DNA from: Ascidiella aspersa
Lineage: Eukaryota
Length of the DNA stretch: 64,000 nt
Assembly (NCBI GenBank): GCA_963924565.1
Contig: OZ004615.1
Location: 16,988,001 to 17,052,000, forward strand
Direction of reading: 5' to 3'
How positions within the stretch are numbered: position 1 is the stretch's first letter; every line of letters begins with the position of its first letter. The notes below the pieces were generated by a model. It was not told the origin of the DNA. It was given only the letters and a program-made list of their open reading frames with translations, and ran no database searches. The translations under genes were made by a program, and so were the position numbers. Below, piece after piece: positions 1 to 15,600 of this stretch.

Positions 1-634
1 AATTCGAGTTCACACGACGTCATCCATACTTCTTATGAAAAGTGCAATAAAACTACTTTGAGGGAACGCGATAACATTTAAAGTTAATCTAGTTCAGTGA
101 ATAGATGTCCGATTTGTTTTTGCGCGACGCACGCCTTGTACGGCGCAAGGGTAAAAGCAGCGTTTTTTGGCAGCCTTCCACGGCTTAACGGTTAACAATC
201 GCTGATGTACTTGAAAAGGCAGCATCAAAACGTAAAAAAGCAGACGCATCAATCATTTGCGCGAAGCGCGAACATTTTTTGCATTTACGTAGTTAAAATA
301 GTCAAAAAGTATGTGAAACAAGACTCATGTCTAACTTGCCAAAGAGGCCGCGGGCCGGATGAATTACATCGGCGGGCCGTAGGTTGCCGACCCCTGATTT
401 AAACGGTACTGTTCGAATCCTATGTACGGTCCTATATTCAAATCATAATTTTATCCAATCTAAGCTATGCATGTTGAAAATATTATACGGCTTTCACAAG
501 AACATTTTGGGGCTTCTTCGGCAAAAAAAATTTCACCCCTTTGTCAGAGAGAAATAGTACTTTGCCATATAACGGCAACATCCATCGTTAAACACAGCTC
601 CACGTCAATAATAATTAATTGTCGTTTCTGTCAG

Positions 635-3600
635 ATCGTACGAATGTAGTTGCTTGCACGGCCACGTCGGGGTCCATTGCGAGGTCTGGTACGACCCGTG
701 CTTCAGCAACCCGTGTGGCAACGGTGGCACCTGCCACAGCATCGATGCCAACTCGTACACATGCCACTGCGCCGCCGGATTCGCCGGTGACAACTGCCAG
801 ATCGATATCGACGAGTGCCTGTCGAACCCCTGCGTGTCAGTTGAAAATTGTACTTCTTTGTGAATAAACATTTTTAAGCATTCTTTTATAATCAACACGC
901 TTTTGGTTGTGAGCCTACATCGGTACCCAATTAATTAAACACAATAACGGCAGTTCATAGATATAACCAGACTCTTTTTATTAAAAAATCGTTTTTGCGC
1001 TGAAACTTTTTTGTAAAAGATTTAAAACAATTTCTTCTAATCGCCATGTTGTTATTTATTTTTCAAACAAAAGGGGTCTATTAATTGAAGACACGCAAAC
1101 ACAAGTCATAAATATATCAAAACATTGTTTACCGAAAAATTTACCATAAAAATTGTTTTAAATGCATCTTTTACGCGGTAAATAAACAGCATATTAGAGT
1201 TACGAGTATAACGAAACTTTGTGAATAAAGCTGATAATATACATTACATAATGCCATGTACTTCAGTATTAGTCTCAATAATTGTACTACAACTTTAAGC
1301 CTTGTTTTTATGTGTCATATCAGACCGCGTTATTTACCGTTTTTTCTTTGTTTCCTAGCAACGGCAATTGTACCGACGCCGTAGCGAGCTACAATTGTAC
1401 TTGTGACGTTGGTTGGCATGGACATAATTGTGACGTCAACATTGACGAATGCGCAAGTGACCCTTGCTCAAATGCAGTCAACTGCACAGACGAGGTAAAT
1501 CTATCAAGACATGGAACATGAAATGCACCTGTATATAATTTAGAACTCGCCAAAGTCAACACACTTTATTTAATCTTTTATTTCTCATTAGTTTGACCCT
1601 TGACAATTTTTATTTTCTGGAGTGGTAAATTGCTAATGATTAAAGGAAAAAAATCCGAAAAATAAGTTCTTTTTAGCTAGGTTTATGCTTTAATTTAAAT
1701 TGTGGTAAAAGTTTTATATCGATGCCTTATTTTTCATACTTTAAAATATTTTGGCGTCGACTGAATGTTTCCTAGCTGAGTGTTGACAACTAAATTTCGT
1801 AAAAGTATAAAAAAAAATACAACCGTTCCCTTTACAAGTGTTTTCAGTACGATTAAATCTAGTGGAAAATTAATTGAACAAGAACCTTAAAAAGCTTCCA
1901 TCTTATCCTGCAATGCTATTTAAGTTTTGTACATTCGTTTGCTGCTTTATCCACAGCACAGTAAGATGTGGACTATTTATCTTGTTTTCTTTCAAGATTG
2001 CTGGCTACCGATGTCACTGCGTTGAAGGCTTCACAGGATCCCACTGCACCATCAACATTGACGAGTGCGAAGACGACCCGTGCTTGAACAACGGAACATG
2101 CGTTGATGGTAAGCAACTATCCAGGTTATTTTAGCTCCCAATATAGGGCGAATATATCAAATACGCTTGCGTCAACCGAACAAGTTAGGCGCAATAGTCC
2201 GTCGAATACCAGTTTTTAGGATTGCAATGTTGAAGAACCTACTAGCACCTAAATTGTTTCTCTTTTTTGATGCTGTTCTTTGTAGTAAGTTGCTATTTGT
2301 ACTCTTTACCGCGTTTTAACGCATTGTTGGGATTTGAATTCGTTGTATTTTGAAAAAAAAAAAAAAAAAAAAAAAATTTAACCGTTTTAACAATTGATCT
2401 TCGGCGTACCTTTCATAATTTCTTCATTTGATCGAGTAACATTGGTAACAAAATTAAAAAATACGTCTCATTTTTGATAACTAAAACTAGTATATGTCAA
2501 TGGTCAAACACTTTTCGTGAATACCACGTATTTTCTTCATAGAATTCTTGTTTTGATTAAAAACAGGAATCAACTCCTACTCGTGCAATTGTGACGACAC
2601 CGGTTACAACGGGACCCATTGTGACGTAGAAGTGGACGAGTGCTCTCTGCTGACATCGTGCGAGAACGGCGGCACTTGTCTGGACCTTGTCAACGACTTC
2701 AGATGCCTGTGCTATGAAGCCTACTCTGGCGAGAGATGCGAGGTATCGATTGGAGATTGTAGTTTTTAATTTTTGTGTTGGACAGCTAACATCTTTAAAA
2801 AAATCTTTAAAGAAAAAAATTTGCACAACTGAAAAGTTAAGTTTAAGCGTTTCCGCGACTAAAGGCATAAGTAAAAAAAAACTGAAGAGTGTAAGATTAA
2901 ACAGAATAATTATTACCTGCTTAGATCGTATCACCCCGTCTCACACCGATCACGGGCAAGGTTTGATGCTTTACGCATTTTGTGTTGTTTTGTCCTCGTA
3001 TTATTGTTGCTTCCGAGAATGTGGTCTTTTTGTGCTGTGGAATACGTGATACCGTTCAATTGTCACAAATATATGTTTCTTGAACATTTACAGCGTGGTC
3101 TTACTGCTAATATCTAGTTTTTTTGTAATCTTGAAATAGTCTTTGGATGTTATTAAAACACAAACTAATTTAGATATACTTGCACGATGTCCCCTTCTGT
3201 TTTAATATCCTATCGCAACTGAACAACGTAGTTCTGCACGAATTTACTTGTGTAATATTTAAATTGAATGCTCATTTTTTTTAAGAGTACTCTCACAAAA
3301 CACAAGGAATTTTTTAAAATGGATTGCTTTAAAAAATACGCGATATAGCTTTAAAACTAATTATTGGATGGAGTAAAAATGTTTGTTATGTTTTAGACAT
3401 TTTGTTAAAACGCGGTTGCCTTATAGAACCTCGACTATTTTTTAACTTGAAATTTATTTACGGTTTCAGATTGACGAAGACGACTGCTTGTCACAACCGT
3501 GCCATCACAATGGCACCTGCATTGAGAGGTCCGACCAGTCTTCGTACGGAGTGCATTTTAACGCAACATTTTCGTACGAAACTGCGCATGGATTCGTGTG

Positions 3601-6600
3601 CATCTGTGCAGAAGGTATGTCGTTGAGTTTAGAACAGCTTTTCTTAAAGTCGATATAAGGTGGCCCTGCGTAAAATAGTTTAAACAGGTCCGACAAAATG
3701 ACTATTTTGTCCTACAAATGAACCTAAAATAGAATAATTAAATAAAAAGCGATTTAAATGCACCCGTCCTGTTGATACGTGCCCTAGATTTGTTTTAAAT
3801 GTATTTATTTTTACTTACAGAGATCATTTTTTTTTGTATCGTAAAACTTTTACTTTAACATTGTTTTTTAAAAAAAAGGGCGTGGATCCTAACAGGTTAA
3901 AACGGTCCAGTCATGCAAGTAATTAAAAAAATGCAAAATATTCAGTTTGAAATACTCAGGTGTAAAGTTCTTTTTTAATTTTGTTGGTTTTGTTATTGTG
4001 CCTATTTTTTTTTTATTTTGGGTTGGTTTTGTTATTGTGCATATTTTTTTATTTCAATAAAAAGGTTACCATGGCGACCTGTGCGCTCACGAGATTGATG
4101 AGTGCGCCACCCTGCGGCCATGCGCGTCGGGTTCCACTTGCGTCGATCTGTTGGCCGACTACCTCTGCCTTTGCCCCCCGAATCTGGGGGGTAAAACTTG
4201 CTCGGTGACGTTGCGCGGCTGCGATACGCACCAGTGCGCACGTGGTTCTTTGTGCCGGCCTTACCTTGAAAATGAATATTTGGGTAAAATTTTACAAATA
4301 ATTTAAGGCTATTTTAAAAGGTATGATTTGTTTTATACAACTCTCGGAAAAGCCATTGCTGACTTACCGAATCTGTCGATTAATTATCAATATTTTATTG
4401 TTTTATACAACATACAAATTGTCAAATTAAATGTTGGAAAAAGTTTAAACGATAAGTAAGATGCTCTTTTTTGTTAAATGGAATGATGTTTTACTAATTA
4501 AATATGTAAGGTAGATTTTTTTCTTTCTGCATGATTGTCACTATACCCCTAAACATTTTCATAGGTTTTTCACTTGAAATATCTTCGGCTTTATTATTAG
4601 TTAAACATTAACCACGAAAATGTTGACTGTGCGGTAGGTAGTTTCTTAGTTAAATAGTTAACATTAGTTTTGCTACCAAATATTTTTAGAATTATTTTTG
4701 TTATACTGGACACTGTTTTATTCTTATTAAACCAACCATGGGATGACTTCAAAAACAATTTCTTGTGACTATCTAAACCTAAGTGAAAACTGTAACGGTT
4801 AAATAATAATATTATGGAGCAACAAAACAACAGAAATAAGAAAAAAACAATCATTATATCTTGTTTATTTCCGTTTGTAGATATACACAACTACACCTGC
4901 CAATGCGATCGCGGTTTCACTGGGAGGTTTTGCGATGTTACGACAGCAATGTCGTTAATCGAAAGTTCTCGAATGCTGTTCAATTTGCCTCAGGACGGTG
5001 GCGTGAATGACGTCAACGTACAGTTCCGGACTACTCTGTCGAACCTGCCGCTGTTTTCGCTAACTTTCATTGACGAAAATGTAACCCTGAAGGTTTGTTT
5101 GTTCAAATGTTGCCTGTGACAGGTTTGACACCCTATCATAATGATTGTGTCACGCGCTCGGTATTTTTGTTATGGGTAAAGCTAAGCATCGAAATATTTT
5201 CCTGTGTAGCGATATTTTTCGAACAATTTAAACGAGAAATTGTTCCTAAAAGCATTTTTGTTTGGAACTAAATTAAAAGCATTTACCCGAATCGATAAAA
5301 ACCTGAACTAGGACTAGACATTGGTGTGTAACATAGGTAAATTAACTTTTCAACATATCCATCCTGCGTTGTGTAGAGTTGATGTGTGTTGCTCGAGTTC
5401 CGTTTATTGTGACATTCTAGTGAATTACCTACAGAAAAATCTTGTAGAGTGCCACAATCTATTTACTATTTCTTAGGGGTGCCGCTAGCCATAACAGGCT
5501 AAGAAACACTGGGTTAACCGTTCAACATCATTCAGAATCTAAAGACTTTATTTGTTCACACATCTCTTTTAGATCAGTATTAACGAAGGACGACTGAATT
5601 ATTTTCTCGCTACTTCAAGTGCCAATCAAGCTACGTACAACGTGACTTTAAGCGACAAAGAATCTGGTTTCATTTCGACGGTGAACGACGATACGTGGCA
5701 TTCCGTTTCCATTAAATGGCAGCAAAAGTTGATTTATGTAAACTTTGCTTCAAGCGAAATCGTTATCGATGTCCAACGATCTGTGAACAACAACCTTGAA
5801 GGTGTTTACGAGATTTAGTTAGCTGATGTTTCTATCCTTTGCCTTTCGCTTGTTTTAAATACGTTATTTTTTTTATGAAATTTTAAAGTTGGTATACTGT
5901 CTCGATACAGGCAACCTCTTGTATAATGAACTTTAGAAGGTGATATCACTAATATATATAAAATAATAAAATATTGGTAAAATGAGTTTCGATTTTTACT
6001 GCTAATTCCTTTTGGCAAAGTTCATGTGTTTTGTAATATTCGGCTTGTTGGGACATTATAGGAAACCACCTAGCCGAACCACAGATACTTTGCAATGGAG
6101 TGCCGTAACCTCAAAACTGTTGAAAAGAAAAGAACTGACTTAGACCATGAGAAAAACCTTAAGCTCAACGTATTGTGGATTACTAAATGTTTGCTTAATT
6201 ACTCGCGACTAAAATGAATGTGTCTTTAAACTTGTTTTACACCACAGCGATGAGTTTATTATTTCAAAATATTTTATTTACCGATATATCTATAGGAGAC
6301 ATACTCATGTTCGGTGGCGGTTACATCGGCTGCATTCGTGATGTAACAGTTGGACCAAGCACGCTTAGCTTGAATGATGCAGTCTCCTATGATGACGTCA
6401 CAGGCGGATGCAATCGAAGCATTGAATGTCACAACGATTCATGCAGCGGAAGGGGAGCTTGTATTGACTTGTGGACCGAATACCGGTAAAAATACGAATC
6501 CTCTTTGTTTTGCTGCAACTTTCATTAAAAAATTCCAGTAAACAACAGGTTCTTGTCCTCCAACAGAACACTTGATGCCGACGATTAACTATCTAAAATT

Positions 6601-9600
6601 TAATAATAGCTTGAGAAGCGCACCGCTTTCGATTTTATTTGCCGCTAGTTGAAAAACGTTGCCGATTGTTTTGAAAGCCTTTCTTGATCGACTTTCCTTT
6701 GCGGCTTATAAGCTCTTTTATGTGTTAGTATATTTCCGTGTTTGATAAACTAAATTGTCAGATATAAAAAGCTGATTTGTCCTAAATTGGTTCTAACGGA
6801 TGCTCCATACACTTTTTGTTTTTATTTGTTTATCTATTTTTTGTTATACATTTATTGACTGGGCTTATATTTCGTTTCATTTAGATGCATTTGCACGAGG
6901 CCCTATGTGGGAAGTGACTGCAATTTTTCCCTCACGCCTTCAACATTTAGTTATATGGATACCTCGAGCTTTGCCCAGTTTCAGGTGAGCTAATAAATAA
7001 TGTAGGGCCTGTTGGGATGATGTGAGAATATTGTATTTCTTTAACATCCTTTTCAAAACAGAAAAAATGCGGGTCATACTTTTGCTATTCAATTATTGTG
7101 TTTGTATTTTAGTAACAACCTCCACGGGGGCTGCTATTGTTGTTACAATGACAAACTTACCTAGAAGGTTTATCGGTATTTCTTGTTATTAAAAAAATGT
7201 CCTATCGTCGTTCAACTTGATTTTGTGTTTTTCAACAATATACTATTTCAGCTCCCTTCTCCCCCTGTTTCGACTTTCCAACTTTCCGCCTTCATCAAAA
7301 CAAGAGAGCCTGACTCTTTTTTTCTCTCCACCACGGATGACGTAACACAGGATCCCAACGCCACGGATTATTACTCGGTTGTGGTGGGCATCGAAGACGG
7401 AAAACCCATGGTCAGTCGATTTTATTTTGTGAAAAATAGTTTCCACATTTGCACCCTACAGTAGCTGCATCAATATCATGGATCGCGAATTAATACTATT
7501 TATTCGAATGTCTTTTCCGTCATATATAGATTAATTTTGCAGTCTGAAAAACCATGTTGAAAAAAGTTTTTGTATTAATCAATTTTAAAAAGCGAAAAGT
7601 CTAAAACCAGACCATAATCTGTTACACTTAGTATACGGTAACTACCCGCCGTTTCAAATTATGAAAAAAATCTATTTGTGGATACAAATATTTATTAAGA
7701 AAGATTAATGTGATATAGTTTCCAATTAGCTAAATGTTTTATCTAGGTTTCACTTGGAGAAGCTGTATTTTACCCTTATTTGCAAGAAAGTGGTGGCGTG
7801 AATACAGAAGGAAAAACGCTATCAGATGGAAAAACTCGTTTTATCTCCATTCATATCGATGATCGTAAAATGTCTTACACAGACGACGAAACGTGGGTGG
7901 AAATATTTGATTTATTTATAATATTGTTTCAGAAAATTTTGTAAAATGTTGTGACCTTTTAATGTGAAAAAAATACACTTTCCTTTTTATTTCGGATAAT
8001 TCTATACCTTTCCCGCGATTACCTTTCATATCTCCAAAAGAAGATTTCTGTTATCTTACTGCTCTCTACTTTTTCCACCAGAACATTTGAGCAAACGTTG
8101 CCCAAAGCTCTCAACATAACAACCTCAACTATTTACGTTGGATTGATGCCCAAGAGACACGGGGGTGAGTGATCTAATGCCTTGAATAGTCATGAAACCT
8201 ACAAGAACGTATATTCCAGTGATTCTAAACAGTGGAGCCTGGGGCGCCTAGTTTTTGTTATTTTTATTTCGGGTGGAGAAAATACAAGCTAACCCCGCTC
8301 TAACATACATCATTTATTTTATGTGATTAGCCATTATGTTTTAAAGCAAATTTCTGCATATCACTAACCTTGTTGGCATTTAAAATGAAGATTGAATTGT
8401 ATTTCTTTGTTTTGTTAATTGCTTCGCTTTATATATCCCTAAAATTTAATAGAATTATAAAAAAGGCAATAAAATTGTACTACGATAAAAAAGGGTGGTG
8501 AATTTGCCCGCGACTAAAATTTCGAAAATCACTGGTGTAAGCGTTACCGTGCAAGTAATTTATTTGGCTTCAGATCTATTATAAATATTTCTCAGGGCCT
8601 TTACTGATGAAACAGTATTATATTTTTTAATATTTTGGGTAAAACAACAGTTTCATACAAGTTTTTCTTTTCAGCCCGCACTCGAAGGTCTTCCTACTCA
8701 TTGCCCCCTTTCAAAGGAGCAATCCAAGATCTTCAGTTCAATGGGTTCAGACTTCTCTTTAGCGGAAAGGAAACCAAGCTAATCGAAGGTAAATTTGAAG
8801 GACATAACTTCCCCAGTTTATAATTCACTTGTTATTTTGTTATTTTATTTTACCCCGAAGACAATGTTTTAAACTTACAGATATGTGCTATTCCGAACGC
8901 ATTGGCCCACGACAGTTAGATTTGTGTGGGTATTTAATTCATGGTGACCAATATTTTGTGTTTCCTTTTTACTTAAGATTCCAAGACACTAACTACTACC
9001 CCGCACAGAAACCACAAAATGTTAGTGATAGAAAAAATCGTAACTTTTTCTCGATATACAAGTATAAGGTTTATGGACATACGTTTTCATAAAGATATAT
9101 TTTGTTATTTAGCTGGCAATTTTCTTTTTAATAGTTTCAAAAATGAAATAATGATTACCATACAGATTCTGGCACTCCCAACTTTATTCTGCCCTTTACT
9201 GCACCAATCGATGTGAAGTTTGGCCTCGTGTCAGACCCGGTATGCAACAAAACCACTCAACCGTGCCAAAACGGAGGGGTTTGTGACGTCACATTCAACG
9301 ATTACGTATGTAATTGCACGCCACAATGGAAAGGAAGGAATTGCAACGACCCGGTGTTTTGCAAGTAAAGAAGAAGTTCATTTAAACGTTTTTTTGTGTG
9401 ATTTGACATTACTAATTTTATGTAATTTAGGAACTGCTGACTTTTAAGAGTTAAAAAATATTGGGAACTGGTTAAATAAAATATGTCTCAACGACATTAC
9501 TTTAATTACACTTTCATTCGCGAATACCATTTACTATTATAATAAAGCGTCTAGGTACGCGATTTATTTTGTTTGCACTAAAAAACATTAAGAATTGATC

Positions 9601-12600
9601 CACTCAATTCAAAACTTTGTTCACTCCCAACTAATGCGGGCCGTTTCCACGCGCACTTTAATTAAAAAATTAAATGTAATGTAACAAATGTTCGAAACTT
9701 AACTTTGCTTATTTTCCCTGTATTTTAGGCAATTGACTTGTCCCGGTGGCATGACTTGCCTAGACTTACCCGCTGGTGGATTCGAATGCCAAGCGCCAAT
9801 AACTATTCAACCTAACACCACCTTCCGCTTCAGCTGGGTAGCGATGGACTCACGAAACTTCACAACTGTGAGCTTCAGAATAAAAACAAGGTTGGTATTG
9901 ACAAGGCATTTGGCTTTTTATTTTATTTTTGTCCACCAATGGTGAACTTAACAAAGCGAAAATAAGAAACAGTAAAGAAATTAGGTAAGGCCTGTGGCTC
10001 GGTTCTTCTCATTGGCCAAGAACGAGGCCGGGAATTTCTGAGCAAGTCAGTAATGGTCTTATCAGAGTCCTCTGAACAACCTGTCTCAACTAGGGAGCAG
10101 GTGCCTCCATGGGGGTAGGGCCCGAGTTAAAACTGCGCAAGGCAGAAGGTAAACATTTTAACCTTTGTTAAGTATTTGGATAAAAGTAAAATAAGGATCT
10201 ACAGGGTACCGTTTATTTCAAAACCTACACAACAAAACTAATCCAAAAATAACCGTGAAGCGGAATTAGTGGTGGCTGCATATGCGTGTAAATTTTGAAA
10301 AAATACTCCTGTGTAATTGTGGCAACGTAAATTTAGCAGAAACAGGGTTGTTTTAAATTAAAGGCATTGATACTTTTAAACGAAAGTATTAAAATAAGAA
10401 TTTACGTCGTCTTGGTCTAATTTCCTTAATTAAATGGCGAGTAGGCAATTCTTTTGCTGTCAAATTATTTTTTCCGTTATCTGCGTGAAACTTTGTTAAA
10501 GTTTTCCAAGTAACAGCATAATCGTCATAGTCAAACAAAGCATAGTGTAAACTGAATATAAAAGGTGGTGAAATTACGTTTTAAAAGGTCTTCCGATCGG
10601 TCCATTTTGCATCTGTCGGACGACAGCAACGTACCACGCGTCGTTTTTCGTCTCGACCTGCACGGTAACCTTGCCATGACGTACGGTAACGTCACCACGT
10701 CGCCACGTCACGCTCTGGTGCCTCGACCAATCAACGATGGCGCTTGGCATGACGTTGAATTGCATCCGATTGATTCCAAGTGAGAATTTATGATGTGGTG
10801 TATGTTTGTTTATTGATTACAATACACAGCACGATTTATTTTAAACCCGGTTTTACCACCATTTTCTGTTTGTTTATAAAGTCATGCCGTCCCGTTTCTT
10901 TCTCGTTAGCCTTTATGAGCTGAACCTTAACCTAAAAAAAGTAACCTAAAGGTCTATTATGTTTTAGCAATAAGCTATCGCTGCCAGGCATAATGTATAA
11001 CCTTAAAAAGTTATGCATCGTTTAAACTTGACGGTGAGCAGATAAACAGGACGCCAACTCCTTCATCTTTTTTATTATTTTTAATCATACAACTGATGAT
11101 TGGCAATTTTGGTAACAACGTTTCCTTCACTTTTTGTTTGTTTTTCAGATATTTTCGTCTCACAGTCGACTCACAATACTCGACGCAAATCGACGCTCCC
11201 GACCGGTTATTGAGTGACGTCATGGCATCCAAAAGCGGTGCTTTGTGGGTTGGAATATCGGCTGAGGAATTGGCGTTTAAAGGTTGGACAGCGTAAAATT
11301 GGTTAGGATATCGAACACATTATAAATACAAAATATATTATTTGCATTGTTTCAACATTTTGTCGTAACTTAAAACTCGCCGATAACACTTAGTTCAGTG
11401 GAACCTTTTATGGCTTGCGGCACCTTGACTGGAATTTTCGTTGAGTATTTTACTGAAATGTCACTATAAATCAAACTGAAAAACACAATCAACTTAAACA
11501 TGTAGGAAAAAGTCATTTGATTTAATGATCTCTAACCGTACACAAATAGTTATAATAGGAAGCTTACCAATTGAGCAAAAAACAGATTCTTATAAATTCG
11601 CAAATACCTAGGCCTATGGGCACCCTTGATCATTAAAAATGGCACACCAGAGTTCCGCGACCCCCGGTTAATAACCACTTACATAGTTGTTGGCTACAGG
11701 AAGAAAAAACATTTTTAGCTTTAAACAACCAAGATTGTTTTCCCATTGCTTTAGGTTGCTTGGTCGATTTGCGAATCGGGGGTTTCCTTCTGCCATTCTA
11801 CGACCCCTACAAGCTGACCAATCACACTGCAGCGATGAGCTCAACGCCTTTCTATATAGTGACGTCACCGCCGCTTATGTTTGGCTGCCACGGCGATGAC
11901 GTGTGCAGGGAGGAGCCGTGTCAAAATAACGGAACATGTGTGGACGAGTTTAACAAATACAGATGCGTGTGTAGAAGAGGTATTTGGATTTGTAGAGTTG
12001 CTTAGTAGGTTGTCATATAAAGTTGCCCTAACAAGCATCTACCTAATCCAAAAAATGCGTATAGACTTTACTTTTAGTTTAAACTAGTTGTGTTTTGTTT
12101 CAGTATATCACTTTTTTCTTTCCAGGTTTCACGTCATCAAATTGTGACGTCAACATCGACAATTGCGTAGGCGTGACATGCTCGGCGAACGGAACTTGTC
12201 TCGATCAAGTGGACGGATTTCGGTGTCGGTGCTTTACCGGTTATCATGGTGAAAAGTAAGATCTATATTAAATTTGTTCATAAAACGTTAAGATACACGC
12301 ATATTTCGATAAGAATATCACTTTTAATAAATATAATGTTCGATGTACATTGCACAATAAATCAGAAAATATCGTAGTAGAAACCAGGGCTGCGGAGTTG
12401 GTTAAAAATAACACGAGTCCGACTCCCGAGAAAAAAATCCTCCATATTCTATTCCATCTTTACAATTTCCAGTTGGCGGCCATGTCAGACTCTAGTAGTT
12501 TTACGTCGTCTTACTCGAGTCCCACATCCGACTCCAGCAAAACAAACCGACTCCTCGAGTCCCGACTCCGACTCCGCAGCCCTGGTAGAAACTGTCAGAT

Positions 12601-15600
12601 GGTATAGAATCCATACCTTAGTAAATTTGGTACTTATGATGAACCTTATGTAAGTTTCACACATCGCAAGAAACCTCGATTACTATTTAATTATTAGCTA
12701 TTTGGCGTACTATCCACTTTGGTGGCTTTGAATTAGGTTATGTACCGGTTTAATGAGTCGATATGAAAAACTGTGTCAACGGAAATGCTACAACAATTTC
12801 CTCTGATTAAATATTACAATATTTCCCAGTTGTGAGTTGGAAACGCTCGAGTGCGCAAGTTCTCCATGCTTGAACAATGCCACGTGCCGCGATCTGGTTG
12901 GTTCGTTTCGCTGCGAGTGTGGCGACGGCCGGTTTGAGGGCGAGCGTTGTCAAATTAACGCGTCACAATCGTGCGGTGGTGACATCACAAATGAAAACCA
13001 TCCATGCGTGAACGGCGGAAGCTGTAGGAATGTCACCGAAGACGAAAAGGTGCGCACCATTTTGCCAATTGTTTTCACCCAAAGCTAAATCTTGTTTACC
13101 AAGAGAATGATCTGTCTTTACACAAAACAGTAAAATTATTTTAAAAATGCAAGTCACTAAACATTGAAAAAAAAACCTATTTTTTTACTCTAGCAAACTA
13201 TATTTTTCTATGCAATGTGTGTTTGTAAAATAATTTTTTTATTGGAACACCTTCTAAATTAGAGAAATTATATTCACGATTTGTTGGCTTTGCATTTATA
13301 AAACGTAAACTTTTTGTTTTCAATATATATATTAACGTTTTTTGCCTTTTAACTTGAATGCATAGTTTACAATTTTGTATAATAAACACTTATCTTATAA
13401 TACATCGCACAACTGGGTGCCCCAAGAGATTCTTAAGTATGCCGAGGGACTTCTTTTTTTATTTATTGAAATAAACTCATTTACACTTCATATGGCAGAT
13501 TTAAAGGCATAGGCTACTGTCGAATTAATAACTGACTGTATTCATTATAACCTATTGCCTTGACGTGTATTAAGCGGTGTTGTCAAGGAATTACACTTTG
13601 TAGAAAGTGTTTCACGATTTTTTTTTCGTGTGTCCCATACTAGTTGAAAACTACTGTAGTGTCCTCTTACACAGCAGTGGTCTCCAACCTGTAGGTCGCG
13701 ACCCCAAGTGGGGTCACCTAAAATTTTGTGGAGTCGCTATAGCTCACTATATTCTTTACAATGACGTCTTACTAATAAACGTTACTGACTGCATCGTCTA
13801 AATTAAATTGCTGTGTTTAGGTCTTAAGAGCTGCTAATTCAAAAAAAAAAGAGCTGCTAATTCAGCTAAAGTGACATTTGACAAAATTAGGTTTCTTTGA
13901 TTTAGCGCAGCGAATGTCGCACTTTCTCAAATTGTTTCATTGCGACATTCGTTCAATAAGTTATAAATGAGCTGTTTTTTTAACACGTCAGCGTTTTGTT
14001 ACTTAACTTTGGCAACGTAGTTTGCAGATATAAGGACTAGGCTTTATGTTCTTAAATATAACAGCGGATACAGTAAAACTCGGTAAAAGTGAAATACTCT
14101 TTCAGCAAATATTTACATGTGGACTTCGATGCAATCACCGTACCCGACTCTGTCAAATTTTATTATTACACCCCATCCCGTTTTTAAACTCATAGTTTGT
14201 GAAGTGGAGTCAGCGCAATGAGCATATTAAAAACGAAACCTCGTAACGCTTGGAAATAGAGCATGACATGCGGTTATGCTTATGCAAAAGGGATGCAAAA
14301 ACTAGTGGATACTAGGCAGGCGCAATAATATTTTTATTTGTAAATGGGTCGCAATGTAAATTCTGATTACATTTTATTTAAATTAGGGTCGCTTATTAAA
14401 AAGGTTTAAGACCACTGCTGCTATACAGTAAGACAAACAAATTAAACATACATATAGTTTTTTACATTTATTTTTTTTTTGTAACATTTATAACATAAAC
14501 AGCAAAAAGTCAACAATTTACTAATTAAACGTTCTACTGTTTTCTTCAGATCACGTTTGCGTGCGAGTGCCCTCGTATGTACACCGGTTCAAGGTGCGAG
14601 TCAGCAATTGACCCGTGCGAGGACTCGGTCTGTGTGAATAATTCCACCTGTGTGGCAAACTTGGTAAGTTGGGAAAAAAAAATTAGTTAAAGCTTTGCGT
14701 TGTTTCAAGCTGGAAACAGAAACAAATTCCTGGTTAACAAACGTTTACATCTGTCACGTCAAAACTAAATCTCAATAATATTTTTTTGGTATACATTTAC
14801 AATTACATCGTCTAAATTTTAAAACGTCAATCAGTAGTTCCTAAACTATGTGCCTTGATAGATTTTTCGAGTGTGGCACGAATTTTTTGTCATTTGACAA
14901 CTCACATGAATGTGGTATTCACGTTTACCTTGTTTAGTAGGGGTAAATGAGAAAGTTTGTTTTGTTAAAAGTGTTTTTCTTAGCTGTGAAATGACAAAGT
15001 TGGATAATCACCAGTCTAAAAATACAAGTACTTGTAACGTTTTTCCTCCAAAAAATATTTTTCAAGTTACAATAATTACGCTCCTTACATCTTATGGTAA
15101 ATACACGAGTCACCTAAGCATTTTGCGCTCCATATATAGTTATTCATCTGTCGGGTGATTTTGTTTTGCGGCAGACTTCGGCGACGTTCACCTGCGCATG
15201 CGAAGAAGGTTACACGGGCGCGACGTGTCAGCACGTGATTGGTCGATGCACGAGCGCGCCGTGTCAGAACGGCGGAAGTTGCGTAGACGGAAAAAGTGGC
15301 TTCCGGTGTCTCTGCCCGAAAAGTGAGTATCTGTTGACTGAAAAAATGTGCACGACAAAATGGTCTTAAAGAGTTCTTTGCATATGCAAAATTTCCTGTC
15401 GGAAAAAAACTCATTTGTCGTGTTCTTCTGTTAGTCAAACGTATTGTACCTTTCATAGATCATAGATACACTAAAACCATCCATAGAAACACAAATCTTG
15501 TACCATTAATAGAAACAGAAATACACACATATAGAACTGTTACTGTCACTTCGTACTTGCCATTCATACAGCAACATCTGTTAAAAGGATACATATGTGT

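Noticed and set aside
635-4283. Notch or fibropellin assignment for the EGF array
   Set aside because: No LNR or ankyrin repeats; three LamG domains, the Crumbs-specific EGF loop and the ERLI tails identify Crumbs.
8978-9020. Possible cassette exon (aag|ATTCC...AAT|gttagt) in the Crumbs LamG2 region
   Set aside because: At 43 nt it would frameshift; the 8788->9166 join is already in frame.
9985-10180. GC-richer intronic patch resembling a SINE or structured RNA
   Set aside because: No A/B boxes, TSD, second copy or recognisable RNA fold could be established by eye.
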